This document shows, piece by piece, positions 15,001 to 64,000 of a stretch of DNA of 64,000 nt. The stretch covers positions 1,162,371-1,226,370 of the forward strand of contig NMRA01000059.1 in the NCBI GenBank assembly GCA_002633005.1, read 5' to 3'. Source of the DNA: Phoronis australis. Its lineage: Eukaryota > Animalia > Phoronida. Positions within the stretch are counted from its first letter, which is position 1. Every line of letters begins with the position of its first letter. The notes beneath the pieces were generated by a model. The model was not told the origin of the DNA. It worked only from the letters and a program-made list of their open reading frames with translations, and searched no databases. Made by a program: the position numbers and the translations under genes.

Positions 15001-16401
15001 ACATGAAGTTAAATGTTGTAGGATAATGGTATGAAATTTACATGAAGTTAAATGTTGTAGGATAATGGTATGAAATTTACATGAAGTTAAATGTTGCCAT
15101 ATCAGATATGACGCATCCAACCTGTTCCAAAAACATCCGAGTCTATCCTAAACTCTTGATGAAATGTGCTGAGAATTGACCAAAACTTGCATTGAATGAG
15201 ATACCTTCCATAGTGTCCTTACTCGGGTTTTATTGTGTTTTCAAACATTTATTCGATTCGTTCTCTGTTTAAGCATGCTGTGTAAAAGTTTTTGAGAATG
15301 TAGTTAGAACTATCATGTNNNNNNNNNNNNNNNNNNNNNNNNNNNNNNNNNNNNNNNNNNNNNNNNNNNNNNNNNNNNNNNNNNNNNNNNNNNNNNNNNN
15401 NNNNNNNNNNNNNNNNNNNNNNNNNNNNNNNNNNNNNNNNNNNNNNNNNNNNNNNNNNNNNNNNNNNNNNNNNNNNNNNNNNNNNNNNNNNNNNNNNNNN
15501 NNNNNNNNNNNNNNNNNNNNNNNNNNNNNNNNNNNNNNNNNNNNNNNNNNNNNNNNNNNNNNNNNNNNNNNNNNNNNNNNNNNNNNNNNNNNNNNNNNNN
15601 NNNNNNNNNNNNNNNNNNNNNNNNNNNNNNNNNNNNNNNNNNNNNNNNNNNNNNNNNNNNNNNNNNNNNNNNNNNNNNNNNNNNNNNNNNNNNNNNNNNN
15701 NNNNNNNNNNNNNNNNNNNNNNNNNNNNNNNNNNNNNNNNNNNNNNNNNNNNNNNNNNNNNNNNNNNNNNNNNNNNNNNNNNNNNNNNNNNNNNNNNNNN
15801 NNNNNNNNNNNNNNNNNNNNNNNNNNNNNNNNNNNNNNNNNNNNCGCTGATACTAACGCTGATACTATCGCTGATACTATCGCTGATACTAACGCTGATA
15901 CTATCGCTGATACTATCGCTGATACTAACGCTGATACTAACGCTGATACTAACACTGATACTAACACTGATACTATCACTGATACTATCCCTTTAAATAG
16001 TTATCATTACAGCTGATGGTTATTTTCTCTCTTGTTTCTAATAAAATATGGAATAAAAATAATACCCTTGAAAACTTTTCCTGTATGGAATGTTGTCAGC
16101 CTGTTATGTTCACATCGCAGCCAACTGATAAAACTTAAAAACAACTTCTTGGAAGAGATTTGTGTTGTTTTGTGATACAATTGGTTTAAACCTTGTCAAA
16201 TTTTTAGGAAGAAAGTCCTGTAACATTTTTGTATCTTTGTTGTTTCAGGATACAATTGGTTTCAATCTTGCCGGCCTCAGATTTCTACAGCAGCAAATAG
16301 AGACAAAGGAAGAAGTGTCTTTCTTCAAAGATGCAACTGGCAGGTTCAAAACAAAAAAGAAAAAGGCGAAGAAGCGAGCTATTCTAGCTCTCAAGACGTG
16401 A
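1..16401 (+). CDS. WDR3: WD repeat-containing protein 3 (Utp12/Dip2), 5'-partial; join(<1-28,491-623,1729-1919,3413-3608,4072-4299,6683-6840,8227-8338,8973-9107,9843-9890,10510-10575,10797-10889,11822-11916,12703-12831,14778-14871,16249-16401)
   Basis: All introns are GT-AG and phases are consistent. Hallmark peptides: [80 protein letters not shown], and the Utp12 domain [13 protein letters not shown]...[10 protein letters not shown]. Confidence 0.96.
195..346. mobile_element. degenerate palindromic MITE-like element
   Basis: ~45-bp imperfect terminal inverted repeats (cagggctggtgagaaccaaact...ctcgaaa / tttcgag...agtttggtggtcacgggtcctg). Confidence 0.55.
491..623 (+). CDS. WDR3: WDR3 exon
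   Basis: cag/gtaggt; [34 protein letters not shown]. Confidence 0.9.
923..1408 (+). mobile_element. hAT-like MITE family A, copy 1
   Basis: TIR CA(AT)GCTTGGAAT / ATTCCAAGCCCTG; 6-bp TSD AATTTT; homologous to 4380 and 18867. Confidence 0.85.
1729..1919 (+). CDS. WDR3: WDR3 exon
   Basis: [10 protein letters not shown]...[30 protein letters not shown]. Confidence 0.93.
2178..2590. repeat. ~101-bp tandem repeat x4
   Basis: gtacacaactacagagtgtagcaaaagtatacattcac... repeated. Confidence 0.9.
2601..2640 (+). ncRNA. minimal (Penelope-type) hammerhead ribozyme-like motif, possibly a relic
   Basis: CTGAGGA-T-GAGAC-atgca-GTCTC-GAAA-TATA; a second degenerate copy at 2696-2730. Confidence 0.45.
3413..3608 (+). 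CDS. WDR3: WDR3 exon
   Basis: [22 protein letters not shown]...AHSGAVWSL. Confidence 0.93.
4072..4299 (+). CDS. WDR3: WDR3 exon
   Basis: [19 protein letters not shown]...[16 protein letters not shown]. Confidence 0.94.
4380..4885 (+). mobile_element. hAT-like MITE family A, copy 2
   Basis: TIR CAGGGCTTGGAAT; 6-bp TSD TAATGA. Confidence 0.9.
5843..6285. repeat. 32-bp perfect minisatellite x~14
   Basis: gtatgtgatgaatacaaaacttacctcgaagc. Confidence 0.95.
6262..6425. mobile_element. short foldback element
   Basis: Arms ggtgaaataatatc / gatattatttcatc and ttcgcgtatcgac / gttgatacgcgga. Confidence 0.55.
6683..6840 (+). CDS. WDR3: WDR3 exon
   Basis: [12 protein letters not shown]...[16 protein letters not shown]. 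Confidence 0.95.
7148..7278. repeat. 48-bp tandem repeat
   Basis: taaatgcaatgagtgcagtctgaacatatattgggtgaaactgtatca. Confidence 0.9.
8032..8201. repeat. 27-bp minisatellite
   Basis: ttattgacactgtgattatgtagaacc. Confidence 0.9.
8227..8338 (+). CDS. WDR3: WDR3 exon
   Basis: [37 protein letters not shown]. Confidence 0.93.
8973..9107 (+). CDS. WDR3: WDR3 exon
   Basis: [45 protein letters not shown]. Confidence 0.94.
9843..9890 (+). CDS. WDR3: WDR3 exon
   Basis: cag/gtgagt; [16 protein letters not shown]. Confidence 0.88.
10510..10575 (+). CDS. WDR3: WDR3 exon
   Basis: [22 protein letters not shown]; gtgagt donor. Confidence 0.9.
10797..10889 (+). CDS. WDR3: WDR3 exon
   Basis: [31 protein letters not shown]. 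Confidence 0.9.
11822..11916 (+). CDS. WDR3: WDR3 exon
   Basis: [31 protein letters not shown]. Confidence 0.9.
12703..12831 (+). CDS. WDR3: WDR3 exon (Utp12 domain)
   Basis: [21 protein letters not shown]...[11 protein letters not shown]. Confidence 0.92.
13253..13527. repeat. 18-bp minisatellite
   Basis: tatgacatccactcacag. Confidence 0.9.
13547..14161. mobile_element. foldback MITE with long TIRs, TT(G/A)A flanks (Kolobok-like)
   Basis: >100-bp imperfect TIRs (ttaccaggttgtacttatgtgca / tgcacataagtacaacctggtaa) plus an inner inverted repeat. Confidence 0.8.
14778..14871 (+). CDS. WDR3: WDR3 exon (Utp12 domain)
   Basis: [31 protein letters not shown]. Confidence 0.9.
14901..15097. repeat. 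39-bp minisatellite
   Basis: gtaggataatggtatgaaatttacatgaagttaaatgtt. Confidence 0.9.
15319..15844. other. assembly gap (N), followed by a 12-bp repeat 15845-15989
   Basis: N run; cgctgatacta(t/a) units. Confidence 0.95.
16249..16401 (+). CDS. WDR3: WDR3 last coding exon
   Basis: [18 protein letters not shown]...[14 protein letters not shown]. Confidence 0.93.
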   Translation, partial: DTIGFNLAGLRFLQQQIETKEEVSFFKDATGRFKTKKKKAKKRAILALKT

Positions 16402-18140
16402 CCGTTGCCATGTGTCAACAAATTTGTTGCCAAAAGTAAAACGGTGATTCGCACCAGGTGGCGCTAGTGAATAGCGCCTTGTGCGCTCTCAACGAAACAC
16501 ATGCAAATAGATTTTGTCCATTGAGAATATATTTTATTGTCAGCTTAAATCTTTTGCTAAAGTGAGTGAATTATTTTCCAGAAATAGTTATGTGGTGTGT
16601 AAGACCAAATTCCTGTGTTGTCACTTTCATGAAACTGGCCTCTATGTTTATTTTAAATCGCTGTGACTGTGTTAGAGAACCGTTTCCTGTGTATGGTCAT
16701 TGTTTTACTCTTCTCAGGTCGTGATTTTGGGTGTATGCCTCTGTTCCATGCATCAAACCATGAGTAAGGCCTCTAGGTGCATAACACGATTCGAGTTATT
16801 TTGTGTCCTGTTATTGTGATGAGGAAATGTTATCTTGTAATGGTTACTTGTGTACATTCTTGGTAATGAGGAAGTGTTGTTATGGAAACCTTATTCTTGA
16901 TTTTCAAGTTTGTGGTGGTGAAAGTCAAACTGATGTGCTGCGGATCTTGTGTTACATTAGCCAGACTTTAAGGAACTGAAACTTTTATTTTCTGTCGCGA
17001 CGCTGAAACGAATCTTGATTTAATTAGTAATTGAATTAGAATGATTTGCAATGATGTAGATGTAAATGTCTATTAAGTAGATTTCTTGGTTGTAGAATTG
17101 ATTCTAATCATGAATGTTTTGATCCAATTCCTTGGTTCGACTCTGTTGCAGCTGTTACTTGGCATTTCTGATACTATATTTAGAAAATGTTTTTAACTTT
17201 CTAGTCCTCCAATTATAAACCCGTGGGCATGTTTCTGGAAGAGACTATTGGCTTTTGTCTTTAGGCATAAGGTAGCATTCTGATTACGAATAGCGAAACG
17301 TTGATTTTTGTTGTTTGAGTTTCTCGAAACGTTTTCTCTCCTGTATAGTCGAGCGGACTGTGGATTTGTCTTTTGACTTCGAGTGGTATTCAGATTTTCT
17401 GATTTTCGGTCTTAGCCATTTTTAGTGAATCCGGACAAGTCAAGTGTCGACCAATTGTAGCCGAAAGTCAAAAGTGAGCCGACTCTTCAATAAATGAGCT
17501 CAGGTATATTTTCGGAAACACAGGGCTTGTAATGTGTCAACAATATTGAGATGGTATGACAAACAATATTAATGGTACTAATGGTATCGTTAAGGTTATT
17601 TTGTATGTAAGCCAAAATATGCTGAAATAAATTGTCTCGTTTCTCAAAAAGCCTTGTTTGACACAAATCATTTTGGAAAACCTAACATTGTACCTCCGAA
17701 TGCATACCCATGGGTATACATTTCGAGGGCCTGTTTATGGAAATTCTTGGTACTTGTGATATTGTGGAGCTGATTTTTAAAGAAAATAAAACAACACTTT
17801 TAATAAATATAAATTTATGCACTATGATTATCACATTTACACCATTATACAACAGACACTGAGATGGATGTTTATGCATCTCTTGATCTTAACAAAATAC
17901 TTCCTTTGAAACTGGCTTGTAACTGTATCATAATGTAGTGGAATGCTCGTTTAGTAGAAATAAAATGATCCAGTGGTTTGTAAGTAATAATTCAGTAAAA
18001 GCCCATTGGGTAAAAATACAACTTTTATATTAATCAAATTGGTTTGAAAACCATTTCCAATGGTTCACTGTACACGTATGCCTACAATGTCTGCAATAAA
18101 ACAAAATGAACTCGCAACCAAAATATGTAGATACAGAAAA

Positions 18141-18146
18141 TTTATT
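18141..18146 (-). promoter_or_regulatory. putative SPAG17 polyadenylation signal
   Basis: AATAAA on - strand ~165 nt after the stop. Confidence 0.45.
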
Positions 18147-18309
18147 ACAAATTACGTATTTACAATTTTTACACCTTGTCCATTTCACAAATCTCAAAGG
18201 TTTTCTGAGGGCTTGCTGAGAACTTGAACTAACCTCAGATGGTGAACATTAAGCGAAGTATTTTCAAAATTTAACTTCGCTCTGGTGAGAATGTTGCTGT
18301 TTCATCGGT

Positions 18310-63695
<45,386 letters not shown>

Positions 63696-63753
63696 TTTAC
63701 ACTATTGTCGATCGAGCTCCTTCACCTAGACCACCATATTGTTTGGTGGAATC

Positions 63754-63882
63754 GTTGCTATGATTGCTCGGGTGTTCCCGGAAATTTTCGGTTTTATTTC
63801 AAGCCATTCGGAACGCCTCGGGTATTTCCGTAGTCCCAAACTTCATCATTAGATACTACGGAAATACCCGAGGTGTTCCGAA
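63754..63882 (-). promoter_or_regulatory. putative SPAG17 promoter region: X-box-like site and 28-bp inverted repeat
   Basis: GTTGCTATGATTGC at 63754-63767, ~60 nt upstream of the ATG; inverted repeat arms 63807-63834 / 63855-63882. Confidence 0.4.
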
Positions 63883-64000
63883 AGTTGTTTCATTGAAGTT
63901 TTCTGAGCCTTGTGAATATGAACACCGCTACAAAATCATTGCCTGATTGCAGCTATAAATATTATTTCTGTCGACTGTGTGTTGTACACACATTTGTCTA

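Overview
Intron-rich, AT-rich eukaryotic DNA, most consistent with an invertebrate metazoan. It holds two convergent genes. (1) The 3' part of WDR3 (Utp12/Dip2, SSU processome UTP-B subunit) on the + strand: 15 coding exons from 1 to the stop at 16401, with its 5' end outside the window. (2) An apparently complete SPAG17 (PF6, axonemal central-pair protein) on the - strand: ATG at 63695, stop at 18310, about 45 exons and ~2400 codons by my manual splicing, including several 15-48 nt candidate microexons. Introns hold many minisatellites, several MITE families (one with 6-bp TSDs in three copies, TTAA-flanked ones, one with a 9-bp TSD), a 5'-truncated LINE, a Helentron-like repeat carrying CTCF-like motifs, and a Penelope-type hammerhead-like motif. 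The most notable points are the WDR3-SPAG17 tail-to-tail pair (the same arrangement as in human), repeated tandem duplications anchored on splice sites, and the microexon clusters. I found no clearly new multi-gene system. All calls are by eye, with no database searches. Most short ORFs in the supplied track are spurious.
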